Shown piece after piece: positions 9,873 through 20,113 of a DNA stretch of 64,000 nucleotides (positions are counted from its first letter, which is position 1; every line of letters starts with the position of its first letter). A model generated the notes under the pieces. It searched no databases. It saw only the letters and a program-made list of their open reading frames with translations, and was not told the origin of the DNA. Source of the stretch: an uncultured Acidobacteriota bacterium (GTDB lineage Bacteria; Acidobacteriota; Thermoanaerobaculia; UBA5066); NCBI GenBank assembly GCA_963779415.1, contig CAVZYA010000003.1, positions 192,001-256,000 on the forward strand. Direction: 5' to 3'. A program made the position numbers and the translations under genes.

Positions 9873-11027
9873 CTAGTCGCCGGCCGGGCCGGTTCCCGCT
9901 CCGACCCAGGGGAAGACGGAGAGAACCAGCGTCGGGATCAGGATCTCGACGTCGCCGAAGTTGTACTCGAACATCCCGGCGACGAAGAGCCCGGCGAAGA
10001 CGGCGACCGTCGCGCGGGCGAAGGGGCGACCCGGGTCGGCACCGGGGGCGCGCGCCCGCCGGATCCCCCCGAGGAGCGCGGCCGCGACGAACCAGAGATA
10101 GAAGGCGGCCGACGGGAGCCCCGTCTCCGCCGCGGTCATGACGACGTTGTTGTGGAGGTGGCCGACTACCGGAAGGATGAAGCCGGGCTGGCGGTAGTCC
10201 GGGTAGACCTTCTTGATCCGCCCCGGGCCGACGCCGAAGAGCGGATGGTCCGCGATCATCAGCCGCCCCGCCTTCCACATCGCGATCCGGTCGCGCGCCG
10301 TCTCGTCGCTCGGGTCGAGGACCGAGCGGGCCCTTTCCCGAACTGAGACCGGCGCGGCGAGCCACGCGACGACGAAGAGGGGGGCCAGGACGAAGGCGCT
10401 TCGGGGCTTCAGGAGAAGGACGAGGACGAGAATCCCGACCCCGAGGCCGAGATACGCGTTCCGCGTGAGGGAGAGGGCGATGGCGAGCGTTCCGAGAGCC
10501 GCCACGCCTCCGTCGAGGAGGCGGGACGTCCGGGGCTCCTCCGGCGAGAGCGCCCGCGCGAGAAGAACGAGGACGAAGAACATCAGGAGGCCCGCGTACG
10601 TCATGTGGACGGAGAGCCCCCCCGTGAGCCGGGCCCCGAGCCCTCCCCCGCTCGAAAGAAACTCGACGAACCCGCGGACGGCGAGGTAAAGAGCAACGAG
10701 GCGCCAGAGAAGGCCGAGGAGGCGGAGGTCCTCCGCATTCCGGAGCAGGGCCGCCGCGGCGACGACGAGGAGGAAAGTCAGCTGCCCCTTGACCTCGGCA
10801 ATCGAGCGGGACGGGAGCGTCGAGAACGGGATCGAAAGAAGCGTCCAGCCGACGAAGGCCGCGATCGGATACTGGACGGGAGTCCAGCTCCGGAACGGAG
10901 CGAGCGGGTCCTCCCCCGCCCGGGCCGCCCGGACGCGCCACGCCACGACGGCCGCGAACGAGATCCCCATGCAGATGTTCGCGACGGCGATCGCCACCGA
11001 GAGGGAGGCGCCGAGGAGGAGGAACAC
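9873..11027 (-). CDS. O-antigen ligase (Wzy_C) family membrane protein
   Basis: Polytopic; TRNAYLG, RIAMW, HPLFGVGPG, HLHNN...AETG motifs. Start uncertain. Confidence 0.85.
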   Translation of the reverse strand: MFLLLGASLSVAIAVANICMGISFAAVVAWRVRAARAGEDPLAPFRSWTPVQYPIAAFVGWTLLSIPFSTLPSRSIAEVKGQLTFLLVVAAAALLRNAEDLRLLGLLWRLVALYLAVRGFVEFLSSGGGLGARLTGGLSVHMTYAGLLMFFVLVLLARALSPEEPRTSRLLDGGVAALGTLAIALSLTRNAYLGLGVGILVLVLLLKPRSAFVLAPLFVVAWLAAPVSVRERARSVLDPSDETARDRIAMWKAGRLMIADHPLFGVGPGRIKKVYPDYRQPGFILPVVGHLHNNVVMTAAETGLPSAAFYLWFVAAALLGGIRRARAPGADPGRPFARATVAVFAGLFVAGMFEYNFGDVEILIPTLVLSVFPWVGAGTGPAGD

Positions 11028-11079
11028 GAACGCCGGCCGCTCGAATCCCCGGCGGCCGAGGACCGGCGAGAGCGGAGTG

Positions 11080-11337
11080 TCAGCCGAGCCGGGCCTCCGC
11101 GGGAAGCGCTTCCTCCACGAGCATCACCGGGATGTCGGAGACGATCGCGTAGACCCGGCCGCACGCCGCGCAAAAGAGCCCTTCCGTGACCACGGGCTCC
11201 TCGTCCTTCATCCGCTCCCGGTATTTCTCCACGAGCGTCTTCGCGACGTCCTCCCGGAGGCGGCAGAGCGAGACCGGCGGTCGGTCGTCGCACGCGGGGC
11301 AGGCGAGAATCTCGAGGAGCTCGGGGTCGACGGCCAT
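11080..11337 (-). CDS. Trm112/YcaR family protein
   Basis: LLEILACPAC...CAACGRVYAIVSDIPVMLVEEA. Confidence 0.88.
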   Translation of the reverse strand: MAVDPELLEILACPACDDRPPVSLCRLREDVAKTLVEKYRERMKDEEPVVTEGLFCAACGRVYAIVSDIPVMLVEEALPAEARLG

Positions 11338-11358
11338 CGCCCGAATGCTAGCAGGAGA

Positions 11359-12117
11359 TCAGAACTTGTAGCCGACGGCGGCGATCAACGACCGGTCGGT
11401 CTTCTTCAGCGTTTCGGGCTGGGGTTTGTTCTTGTAGTCGGTCAGGTACGCGACCTTCAACTCGAGAGCCTTCGACAGCGGCGAAACGAGCCCCACGTCG
11501 AAGTGAAAGAGATAGTCCGAAAAGTCGTCCATCTTCCAGAGGCCGTTGGCATTCTGGGTCAGCTTCGCCCAGGTCGAGATCTGCCACTCGAACGCCTCGC
11601 CGGCACGGAGTGCTCCGCTCGTGTTCGACGGGTACCCCGCGTCCTGCTCGATTGCGAGACCGACGCCGCCGTCGAGGGCGAGCATGACCTCCTTAGTCTT
11701 TATCACCTTGTAGCCGGCGCCGACGATGGGCGTGATCAGGTAGGTGATCCCCTTGAAACGGTCGTAGAGGTATCCCGCCTCGCCGAAGGCGAAAAAACGC
11801 TCCGTGAAGGAGTACTCATCGCGGAGGACGAAGTTGGCCTTCTGGGTGTTCGTCACGCTGTCGCTCTCGCCGTACAGGTAGTAGCCGTCCAGCTTGACGA
11901 CGTTATTCGTCTTCGGGTCGTACTTGAGGCCCAGCGTGAAGCTGAGGTTCGTCGTGTTCGTGTTTCCGCTGTTGATGCCGAGCCCGAATCCGACGCCTCC
12001 TGTGAAGGCCGGGGGCGGCGGGGGCTCCTTCTTCTCCGGGCAGGGGCAGGGCTGCTGGCCGAAGGCGGGCGCGGCGAAGGCGAAAAGGCAGACAAAGAGC
12101 GCGAAGAGTCGTTTCAT
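11359..12117 (-). CDS. DUF481/YdiY-like outer-membrane beta-barrel protein
   Basis: Signal peptide MKRLFALFV..., SGNTNT motif, amphipathic strands, C-terminal VGYKF. Confidence 0.85.
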   Translation of the reverse strand: MKRLFALFVCLFAFAAPAFGQQPCPCPEKKEPPPPPAFTGGVGFGLGINSGNTNTTNLSFTLGLKYDPKTNNVVKLDGYYLYGESDSVTNTQKANFVLRDEYSFTERFFAFGEAGYLYDRFKGITYLITPIVGAGYKVIKTKEVMLALDGGVGLAIEQDAGYPSNTSGALRAGEAFEWQISTWAKLTQNANGLWKMDDFSDYLFHFDVGLVSPLSKALELKVAYLTDYKNKPQPETLKKTDRSLIAAVGYKF

Positions 12118-12136
12118 GGCGTCTCCTGGGGTCTTC

Positions 12137-12553
12137 CTACTTTTTCGAGGCGAGGAGATCACGGATCTCGCCGAGGAGCTTCACGTCGGCGGGGGGCGCG
12201 GCGGGAGCCGCCGGCGCCTCCTTCTTGAGCCGGTTGATCTGCTTGACGAGAAGAAACACGGCGAAGGCGACGATCAGGAACTCGATACAGGTGTTCAGGA
12301 AAAGCCCGTAGTTCAGCGTCGCGAGGCCGGCCTTCTTCGCATCGGCAACGGACGTGACGTCCTTCCCGGAGAGGTTGAGGAAGAGATTCGAGAAGTCGAC
12401 CTTCCCGAGGAGGAGGCCGATCGGCGGCATGATGACGTCGTTCACGAGCGAGCCGACGATCTTCCCGAAGGCGCCGCCGATGATGATGCCGACGGCGAGG
12501 TCGACGACGTTCCCTTTGACCGCGAACTCCTTGAACTCGGAAGCCATGGACAT
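12137..12553 (-). CDS. mscL: Large-conductance mechanosensitive channel
   Basis: [37 protein letters not shown]; GGAG RBS before ATG 12553. Confidence 0.97.
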   Translation of the reverse strand: MSMASEFKEFAVKGNVVDLAVGIIIGGAFGKIVGSLVNDVIMPPIGLLLGKVDFSNLFLNLSGKDVTSVADAKKAGLATLNYGLFLNTCIEFLIVAFAVFLLVKQINRLKKEAPAAPAAPPADVKLLGEIRDLLASKK

Positions 12554-12692
12554 GGGTTCTTCTCCTTTCCGGATCTTCCCGAAGCTTTCCCGGAGAGCAT
12601 TCTGCCCCGCGAAGCAGGGGCTGTCGAACGTGCCGTGGCAAGGGAAAAGAGCTGCTTGCCATTCCTGCGACCCTGAAGCAACCTCCTCGGAA

Positions 12693-14576
12693 GTGAGCCG
12701 CCGAACGCGTCCTTTTCTTCTCGTCACCCTCCTCGTCGCGGGGGTGTCCCAGGAAGCCCGCGCCTGGATCTTCCCCGAGCACCGCGACATCACCGTGGAG
12801 GCTATTCACGAGCTTCCCCCGGCCGAGAAGGCCGTTCTCGACCGGCTCTGGGCCGAGGCGCGGCTCGGAAAGGAGGCGCGGCTCTGCGAGGATCCGGCGG
12901 CTCCCGACCCGTCGGGTCGCGTCCCCTGTCTCGACCTCGCCTCGTGGCCCGCGCTCGCCGGCGACCATTCCTGCTCTCCGGCGGAACTCCTCTCGGAAGC
13001 CCTCGACGAGCCCTGGACGCTGAACGTCGCCTCCGTCGCGGCCGAGCTGAAGCGAAAGCTCGCGAAGGCGAAGCGTCCCGACCAGATCCGGAACGCCGAC
13101 GCCTGGTCGAACCTGGAGTTCGAGCGGGTGGATCCGAAGTACTCGACGCGAGCCGGCGCCAACAACGCCCACTTCCTCCTGCCGCGCGAGGGGTCCCCGG
13201 ACGGGCAGAGCTACATACGGCGGGCGCTGGCCGACGACACCGAGATCAACGCCATCGGCCTCTACGTCTATTTCCACCTCCTCGCCCTGGAACGTGCGCG
13301 GGCGTTCGACCCGGCCGCGGGGGACGCGGCCTCCCGGTCGGCCGCCGCCCGCGAGATCCTCTCCCTCGAGTCTTTCGGCCTTCACTTTCTCGAGGACAGC
13401 TTTGCGGCGGGTCACGTCGCCGGGACCTGGGGAAGCACCGCGACCCGGAAGGGAACCCACGACTACTACAACGAGTTCGGCCTCGCGACGACGACGTGGG
13501 GAGACGCCTCGGTCGTTCTCCTCGGCGACTCGCGGATGAGCCCCGTCGACCGCGACCGGGCTGCCGCGGCCATCTCCGCGAGCCTCGGGTACGTCCTCTC
13601 CCGGGTGGGCCGCGGCGGCGCGCCCGTCCCTCTCACCCCCATCGCCCTCGACTCCTGCAAGGCCTTCACGATGCAGGTCCCGGCGAATCCTCCCCTTTCG
13701 GAAGAGGACAAGAGTGCCCTCGCCAGGGTCCTCCTGATGACGCCCGTGCCGGCGCTCGCCAGCGGCGCCGGCGCCCTCCCCCGCTTCCGATCGGAGATCG
13801 GCTCCTTCATCGGCCTCTCGACCGGAGCCGAGGGCCTCTGGAATTCCGGAAGCTTCGACCCCTCCGTCACCGGCGGATTCGCGAACGGCGCCCTCTCTCT
13901 CGGAGGACGCGTCGGCATCGGCCTCGACTCGCTTCTCGCCGATGCGGCCGACGGGCTGATCTTCCTCGAGGGGGGCATTCGTCTCGAGTCGGCGCAGAAG
14001 GCTGCGTGCCGCCCCGATTCCTGCCCCCCATCGGCGGAGGTCGGGCAGATCGTTCCGAGAGTCCCGGCGCGTACGGGCTTCTACGCCCGGCTCCGGATGC
14101 CCTTCTGGCTGATCCCCGGCGACCTCATCCTCGCCACGCCGATCCTCATCTTCACGGCGCCGAGCCTCCTGGAAAGGATGGCGATGCGCGCCGCGGACGG
14201 CGGCGCGATCGCCTGGCAGCGCGGGATCTCGACTCGCGTCGGGCGGTTCCAGTTCGTCATCGGACGGGAAGTCACCGCGACCTTCTTCGGGTATTCCGGC
14301 GGCGAGGTCCAGTTCCTCGGCCTTGCGCCGGACCTGAGCGCCGTCTACGTCGTCTCCATGAGGTCGATCCGCGTCAGTATCCCGGTCCTCGAATACCGCC
14401 CCTTCCGCGAGTTCGCCACGACGCAGGCGTCGAGCCTCTCCTTCCAGATCGGCTTCGGCTGGGACATCCCGACGAAGGTCGAGACGAAGGCGCCTCCCGG
14501 CATCGTGGCGCCCGAGCTCCACTCGACCACCTTCGGCTACCTCCGGATGCAGTTCGACTGGCGGCGGTACTTCTGA
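12693..14576 (+). CDS. Secreted zinc-metallophospholipase C-like protein with C-terminal beta-barrel-like region
   Basis: Signal peptide ending ARA|WIFPEH; [16 protein letters not shown] and HDYYNEFGL putative Zn ligands; C-terminal alternating strands ending WRRYF. Start GTG 12693 inferred. Confidence 0.6.
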   Translation: MSRRTRPFLLVTLLVAGVSQEARAWIFPEHRDITVEAIHELPPAEKAVLDRLWAEARLGKEARLCEDPAAPDPSGRVPCLDLASWPALAGDHSCSPAELLSEALDEPWTLNVASVAAELKRKLAKAKRPDQIRNADAWSNLEFERVDPKYSTRAGANNAHFLLPREGSPDGQSYIRRALADDTEINAIGLYVYFHLLALERARAFDPAAGDAASRSAAAREILSLESFGLHFLEDSFAAGHVAGTWGSTATRKGTHDYYNEFGLATTTWGDASVVLLGDSRMSPVDRDRAAAAISASLGYVLSRVGRGGAPVPLTPIALDSCKAFTMQVPANPPLSEEDKSALARVLLMTPVPALASGAGALPRFRSEIGSFIGLSTGAEGLWNSGSFDPSVTGGFANGALSLGGRVGIGLDSLLADAADGLIFLEGGIRLESAQKAACRPDSCPPSAEVGQIVPRVPARTGFYARLRMPFWLIPGDLILATPILIFTAPSLLERMAMRAADGGAIAWQRGISTRVGRFQFVIGREVTATFFGYSGGEVQFLGLAPDLSAVYVVSMRSIRVSIPVLEYRPFREFATTQASSLSFQIGFGWDIPTKVETKAPPGIVAPELHSTTFGYLRMQFDWRRYF

Positions 14577-14583
14577 TCCGCCT

Positions 14584-15372
14584 TCAGCCCACCTTTTCCT
14601 GGATCGGCGTGATGGTGCGGGCGGTCCCGGTCGCCTCGTCGATGTCGACGATCGCCCCACAGAGCCGGACGTCGCGCGAGGCGGTCTCCATCGAGCGAGG
14701 CGTCTGGTAGAGAAACTTCTCGAGGATGTTCTTCGGGTCGAAGCCGATGATCCCTTCGTAAGCGCCGGTCATCCCCGCGTCGCCGAGGTACGCGGTCCCC
14801 TTCGGGAGGATCCGCGCGTCGGCCGTCGGGACGTGGGTGTGGCTGCCGATGACGGCCGAGGCCCGCCCGTCGAACCACCAGCCGACCGCCTGCTTCTCGG
14901 AAGAGGCCTCGGCGTGGATGTCGACCAGGACCACTTTCAGCGCCGGATGTTTCGCGTGCATCTCCTGAAGGCAGACGTCTCCGACGCGGAATGGAGAGTC
15001 GGTGTTGACCATGAAGACCTGCCCCTGCAGGTTCAGGACGCCGACCGGGATTCCGGCCGCGGTCTCCTGCACGACCCAGCCACGCCCCGGGTTCCCCGGC
15101 GGGTAGTTCGCGGGGCGGACGAGGTTCGCGATGTCTGCAAGGAGCGGGACGAAATCCTTCTTGTCCCAGATGTGGTTCCCGGAGGTGAAGACGTCGATCG
15201 GGAGCTTCGAGAGGTCGGCGAAGATCTCGGCCGTCACGCCGAAGCCGCCGGCCGCGTTCTCGACGTTCACGACCACGAAGTCGATCCTCTCGCGCCCGAT
15301 GATCTTCTCGAGAAGCGCGAGCGCCTTCCGCCCGGGCTTCCCCACCACGTCGCCGACGAAAAGGAGCTTCAT
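14584..15372 (-). CDS. ymdB: YmdB/TIGR00282 metallophosphoesterase
   Basis: GDVVGKPG, ENAAGG, SGNHIWD, DIHAEASSEK, GSHTHVPTAD; ATGA overlap with rny. Confidence 0.93.
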   Translation of the reverse strand: MKLLFVGDVVGKPGRKALALLEKIIGRERIDFVVVNVENAAGGFGVTAEIFADLSKLPIDVFTSGNHIWDKKDFVPLLADIANLVRPANYPPGNPGRGWVVQETAAGIPVGVLNLQGQVFMVNTDSPFRVGDVCLQEMHAKHPALKVVLVDIHAEASSEKQAVGWWFDGRASAVIGSHTHVPTADARILPKGTAYLGDAGMTGAYEGIIGFDPKNILEKFLYQTPRSMETASRDVRLCGAIVDIDEATGTARTITPIQEKVG

Positions 15373-16973
15373 TTCGCGATTTCGACGGCCCGGGTCTCCC
15401 GGATCACCGTGATCTTGATCTGGCCGGGGTACTGAAGCTCGGCCTGAATCCGCTTCGCGATGTCCTTCGACATCCAGAAGCATTCGTCGTCGGTCACCTT
15501 CTTCGCGTCGACGACGACCCGCAGCTCGCGCCCCGCCTGGATGGCGAAGGTCTTCTCGATCCCCTTCATCCCCTCCGTCATCTTCTCCAGCTTCTCGATC
15601 CGCTTGACGTAGGTCTCGAGGATCTCCCGCCGGGCGCCCGGGCGGGCCGCCGAGATCGCGTCGGCCGCATTCACGAGGACGGCCTCGATCGTCCGGGGCT
15701 CGTAGTCGCCGTGATGGCACTCCATCGCGTGGATGACCGCCTCGCTCTCGCCGTACTTCTTCAGGATCTGCCGGCCCAGCTCGAGGTGCGTTCCTTCCTG
15801 CTCCCGGTCGATCGCCTTGCCGATGTCGTGGAGCAGCCCGGCCCGCTTCGTGACGGCCACGTTCGCCTTCAGCTCGCTCGCGAGATGGCAGGCGGCCCAG
15901 CCCACTTCCGTCGAGTGCTGGAGGACGTTCTGTCCGTAGCTCGACCGGAACTTGAGCCGCCCGAGAAGCTTGATCACCTCGGGGTGGAGGTCGGGGATGC
16001 CGAACTCGTACGCGGCGGCCTCGCCCGCCTGCTTGATGACCTCCCACAGCTCGGACCGGACCTTCTCGACGACCTCCTCGATCCGGGCCGGATGGATCCG
16101 CCCGTCCTGGATCAGCCTCTCGAGAGCGCGGCGCGCCACCTCGCGGCGGATCGGGTCGAAGGAGGAAAGGATGACGGCCTCCGGCGTGTCGTCGATGATG
16201 ATGTCGACGCCGGTCGCGGCCTCGACGGCCCGGATGTTGCGCCCCTCGCGCCCGATGATCCGTCCCTTCATCTCGTCCGACGGGAGGTCGAGGACCGAGA
16301 CGGTCGTCTCCACGACGTGGTCCGACGCCATCCGCTGGACCGTCATCGCGAGGAGCCGCTTCGCCTTCTGGGTCGCGTTCTCGACGGCGTCCTCCTCGAT
16401 GGACCGGATGAGGCCGGTCGCCTCGAGGCGCGCCTCGTTCTCCAGCTCGCGGACGAGGCCGCGCTTGGCCTCCTCCGCCGTGAGGCCGGCGATCTCCTCG
16501 AGCTTCCGCCGCTGCGCCGCGACCATCTCCTCGGCGGCCTTCGCGGCCTCGGCCTCGATCTCGTCGGCCCGTTTCTCGCGCTTGTCGAGGTTTTTCGCGC
16601 GGTTCTCGTTCTCCTGCTCGCGCTTTTCGACGGTGGCGATCTTCCTGTCGAGCGTCTCCTCCTTCTGGAGAATCCGCTTCTCGATGTCGGTCAGCTCGGT
16701 GCGCCGCCGGCTCGACTCCTGCTCCATCGCCTCGCGCGCCTTGAGGAGGCGCTCCTTGGCGTCGAGCTCGGCCCGCTGGGCGGCGGATTCGGCTCTCCGG
16801 ACCTCGGCTTCGGCGGCGAGGCGCGCCGCCTCGGCCGTCTTCCTGGCCTCGAGCTCGGCCTCCGTCCTCATGACGTCGGCCGCGCCCTTGGTCTTCAGGA
16901 CCCAGAGAAAGAAGGCGACGAGGCCGATCAGGACGACGGCCTCCAGGATCGCCAGGATGATTTCGATGGTCAC
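15369..16973 (-). CDS. rny: Ribonuclease Y
   Basis: N-terminal TM, coiled coil, KH (KGRIIGREGRNIR), HD (LLHDIGK), AIQAGRELRV. Confidence 0.98.
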   Translation of the reverse strand: MTIEIILAILEAVVLIGLVAFFLWVLKTKGAADVMRTEAELEARKTAEAARLAAEAEVRRAESAAQRAELDAKERLLKAREAMEQESSRRRTELTDIEKRILQKEETLDRKIATVEKREQENENRAKNLDKREKRADEIEAEAAKAAEEMVAAQRRKLEEIAGLTAEEAKRGLVRELENEARLEATGLIRSIEEDAVENATQKAKRLLAMTVQRMASDHVVETTVSVLDLPSDEMKGRIIGREGRNIRAVEAATGVDIIIDDTPEAVILSSFDPIRREVARRALERLIQDGRIHPARIEEVVEKVRSELWEVIKQAGEAAAYEFGIPDLHPEVIKLLGRLKFRSSYGQNVLQHSTEVGWAACHLASELKANVAVTKRAGLLHDIGKAIDREQEGTHLELGRQILKKYGESEAVIHAMECHHGDYEPRTIEAVLVNAADAISAARPGARREILETYVKRIEKLEKMTEGMKGIEKTFAIQAGRELRVVVDAKKVTDDECFWMSKDIAKRIQAELQYPGQIKITVIRETRAVEIAK

Positions 16974-17074
16974 GGGCGTCTCTCCCTCGCTGGTTTCAAT
17001 CGCGGGGAGGGACCCGGGTCGAGAGGCTCAGACGGGATTCCGGACTCTTCTCCCTGTCGTCGGTTCGAAAAAAA

Positions 17075-17255
17075 GGCCCCCGCATCGGCCGTGTGGGCGC
17101 TGTCGATTGAACCCTGTCAAATACAGGGCGGAGCCTTCAGGGCGTCCCATTAGTTCCCCAAAAAGGGGCTTCACAGGGAGGCCCGTCAACGAAAGCTCCT
17201 TTGATTTCATATCGGTTCAAGGACATATGCCCATTCACGCGCCGCGCAGGGCGCC
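17075..17255 (-). ncRNA. ssrS: 6S RNA
   Basis: About 180 nt between zapA and rny. Complementary ends (GGCGCCCUGCGCGGC.../...GGCCGAUGCGGGGGCC), CUUGAACC/GGUUCAA stem, AU-rich central region, 3' U7 tract; canonical synteny. Confidence 0.88.
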
Positions 17256-17591
17256 GATCGATTCGTCTCCGGTCCTCGCCGGAACGCCAAGGGGAAAAGA
17301 GCCCAGGATCTCGTCCAACCTCTCGACGAGGCGCGTGGCCCGCCGGGCGACGCGCGCCGGATCCCCCTCCGAGAGTCGGACTCGGAACTGGTAGTAGTCG
17401 TCGGCGATGTTCAGAGCCGCCAGGATCGCGATCTTCGTCGCGTCCACCGTGGCCGCTTCCTGCGCCACCTCGCGCATTTTCTTGTCGACGAACCCGGCGA
17501 GATCGTGGATGTACTCCGGATCCGCCGCGGCCCGGACCGAGTAGGTCTGGCCGAAAATCTCGACCTGGGTGGCCTGCGTGGGCTTCGTCAT
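17235..17591 (-). CDS. zapA: Cell division protein ZapA
   Basis: VEIFGQTYSV, VDKKMREV, AILAALNIADD. Confidence 0.92.
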   Translation of the reverse strand: MTKPTQATQVEIFGQTYSVRAAADPEYIHDLAGFVDKKMREVAQEAATVDATKIAILAALNIADDYYQFRVRLSEGDPARVARRATRLVERLDEILGSFPLGVPARTGDESIGALRGA

Positions 17592-17625
17592 ATCGCCGGG
17601 AACTCCCTCTCGGGAGCCCGTGGCG

Positions 17626-17634
17626 AGGATACCA
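17626..17634 (-). promoter_or_regulatory. Extended -10 element (TGG-TATCCT) upstream of zapA
   Basis: GTGGTATCCT, the same 10-mer that lies upstream of the tRNA-Val genes. Confidence 0.5.
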
Positions 17635-17670
17635 CGCCGATCCGGCGCTTCCCGCGCTTCCGCGGCGCTC

Positions 17671-17988
17671 TTACGCCCCCTCGAGCGAGGCGATCAGACG
17701 CTCGATCCGAGCCCGCACCTCGGCGCGCTCGGCCTCGTACGCCTTGAGACGCGTCGCGGCATCGCCGGCCTGCGACGCGGCCTTCTTCGCCTCGGCGATC
17801 TGCGCCTCGAGCGCCGTCCGCTCGGCGGCGGCCGCGGAAGCGGCCGCCTGCAACCGGCCGTTCTCCTCGAGGGCCGCCTTGAGGCGCGACGCCAGCGCCT
17901 CGACCCGCCTCTCGAGCTGGCCGAAGACGCTCTCGAGCGGATCGAGATCCGCGGACTTCTCGGACTTTCCTTTCGAAGCGTTCGTCAC
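17671..17988 (-). CDS. ZapB-like coiled-coil cell division protein
   Basis: Heptad coiled coil (LERRVEAL..., ERAEVRARIERLI) between pheT and zapA. Confidence 0.7.
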   Translation of the reverse strand: MTNASKGKSEKSADLDPLESVFGQLERRVEALASRLKAALEENGRLQAAASAAAAERTALEAQIAEAKKAASQAGDAATRLKAYEAERAEVRARIERLIASLEGA

Positions 17989-18003
17989 GATCTCGTCCTC
18001 CGT

Positions 18004-20109
18004 TCACACCGCCGGTCCCGGAATTCCGTCCACCCTGGTCTCCTTCATCGCGAGGAGCCGTCCGGCGGCGGCATCCCGCCAGCCGTTGATCTCCTCCCGC
18101 CCGAGAGACCTCGAAGTCGATCCGAACCGCAGCGTCATCGTCGTCTTCACGAATCCGTCCGGGACACCGGCTCCCCGGTAGCGCCCCTTCGCTTCCACGC
18201 CCAGAAGCTCGGCCGGCGCCCCGTCGCGAACCCGCTCTTCCAGCTCGCGCCACGGCACGGTGACCGCATGCGTCACGGTCAGGTCCACCTCGCTCCCCGG
18301 AAGCTTCGGGGGCGCGTCGACGGAGTCGGGCGGCGGCGGGACGCGCGACGAAAGGAGCCCGAGGTCGAGGTCCGAAACGACCGCGTCCGGGAGGTCCCAC
18401 GCGGCGCCCAGCGACCCGGCGAGGACGCCGACCCAGCCGAGCCGTCCGCCGTCCGCCGCGACGACCGCGGCGGCGCGCCCCGGCGCGAGGAACGGGAGCG
18501 AGATCGGCTCGAGCGACGGGTCCGGAATGGCGAGGCCGCGGAAGAGCGCCGTGACGGCGCCCGACCCGTCGAAGAAGTCGACCGCGCGAGCTTCCTCCGA
18601 CCAGTGGCGCCGCCGGGATCCCGCGAGGAGGAGCGCCGCGTGACGATCCTCGCGAATCCGCTCCTCGAGGCCCCCCGAGTCTCCGATCCGCCCGTAGGCG
18701 TGGCCGACCTCGAAGAGACCGAGATCCCGGATGCCGCGGCGGACGTTGTGCCGCGCGCTCTGGAGGAGGCCGATGACGGGCGTGGCACGCATCGTGGAGT
18801 AGGGCTCGGCGAGCGGGTTCTCGAGGACGACCGGCGTCCCCGGGGCGGCAGCCTCGAAGGGGCGGTTCTCCTCGCCAGAGACGAAGGAGTAGGTCGAGGC
18901 TTCGAGGAGCCCCTGCGAGACGAGGAGGTCTCGGACGCGGTCCTCGAATGCGGAGGCCCGCTTCTCCTTCGCCGGGACGTACGGCGCGGGAAGCGTCTCC
19001 GGAAGGCGGTCGTACCCCTCGCAGCGGATGACCTCCTCGACGAGGTCGACCTCGGACTCGATGTCGACGCGCCAGGAAGGGACCGCGACGCGAAGGGTGC
19101 CGTCGCGCGCCGAAGGCGAAAACCCGAGGTCCCGGAGGATCTCCTCGCAGCGCGCGGGGGGGATCGCGATCCCGAGGAAGGCGTGGAGGTGAGTGATCCG
19201 GAGTGTGAGAGACCGTGCCGCGCGCTTTCCGGGGCGGACGTCGATCACGCCTTTCGCGATCGAGCCTCCGCCGTCCCCGACGATCAGCCGCGCTGCGCGA
19301 TCGAGCCCCTCGAGCGTCGCCTCGGGATCGGTCCCGCGCTCGAAGCGATGCGAGGCGTCCGTGTGCATCCCGAGGAGGCGGGACCCGCGCCGGACGACGC
19401 CCGGGTCGAAGTGCGCCGACTCGAGGAGAACCCGCGTCGTCCGCTCCGAGATGGCCGTTTCGAGCCCTCCCATGATCCCGGCGAGGGCGACCGGCCTCTT
19501 CGCGTCCGCGATGACGAGATGCGCAGGCATCAGCGTCCGCTCGACGCCGTCCAGAGTCACGAGCTTCTCTCCGGAGCGCGCCCTTCGGACGACGATCGTC
19601 GGGAGGCCGCTCTCGTCCTTCGCCAGCTTGTCGAGGTCGAAGGCGTGGAGCGGCTGGCCGATGTCCCAGAGGACGTGATTCGTCGCGTCGACCGGAGACG
19701 AGATGAGCCCCGCGTCGAGGGCGGAGAGGCGCTCGCCGACCCGCGCGCCGACGGGACGGACGCGGAGCCCCTCGATCACTCGCGCCGAGTAGCGGTCGCA
19801 GAGCGACGGCTCCTCGATGACCACCTTCGCGAGCGTCGCAGCGGGCGTCGCCCCTTCGGGCACGGCGAGATCGGCTTCCGGGTCACGGAACTCGCGCCGG
19901 AGGGCGACGGCGGCCTCGCGCGCAAGGCCCCGGTGGCTCATCGCGTCGGGACGGTTCGCCGTGATCTCCACGTCGAAGACCGCCGACGGTCCGTCCCCCT
20001 CCACCGTTTCGACGACGAAGCCCACCGCCGTCAGCCTCTCGCGGAGGAGCGCCGTTTCGGGCGGCTCTCCCGGGAGGTACGAGGCGAGCCATTCCTGCCG
20101 GAACTTCAT
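18004..20109 (-). CDS. pheT: Phenylalanine--tRNA ligase beta subunit (short form)
   Basis: MKFRQEWL, EITANRPD, ALAGIMGG, RFERG, DLVEEV, LFEVG; true start ATG 20109. Confidence 0.95.
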   Translation of the reverse strand: MKFRQEWLASYLPGEPPETALLRERLTAVGFVVETVEGDGPSAVFDVEITANRPDAMSHRGLAREAAVALRREFRDPEADLAVPEGATPAATLAKVVIEEPSLCDRYSARVIEGLRVRPVGARVGERLSALDAGLISSPVDATNHVLWDIGQPLHAFDLDKLAKDESGLPTIVVRRARSGEKLVTLDGVERTLMPAHLVIADAKRPVALAGIMGGLETAISERTTRVLLESAHFDPGVVRRGSRLLGMHTDASHRFERGTDPEATLEGLDRAARLIVGDGGGSIAKGVIDVRPGKRAARSLTLRITHLHAFLGIAIPPARCEEILRDLGFSPSARDGTLRVAVPSWRVDIESEVDLVEEVIRCEGYDRLPETLPAPYVPAKEKRASAFEDRVRDLLVSQGLLEASTYSFVSGEENRPFEAAAPGTPVVLENPLAEPYSTMRATPVIGLLQSARHNVRRGIRDLGLFEVGHAYGRIGDSGGLEERIREDRHAALLLAGSRRRHWSEEARAVDFFDGSGAVTALFRGLAIPDPSLEPISLPFLAPGRAAAVVAADGGRLGWVGVLAGSLGAAWDLPDAVVSDLDLGLLSSRVPPPPDSVDAPPKLPGSEVDLTVTHAVTVPWRELEERVRDGAPAELLGVEAKGRYRGAGVPDGFVKTTMTLRFGSTSRSLGREEINGWRDAAAGRLLAMKETRVDGIPGPAV

Positions 20110-20113
20110 CGGG

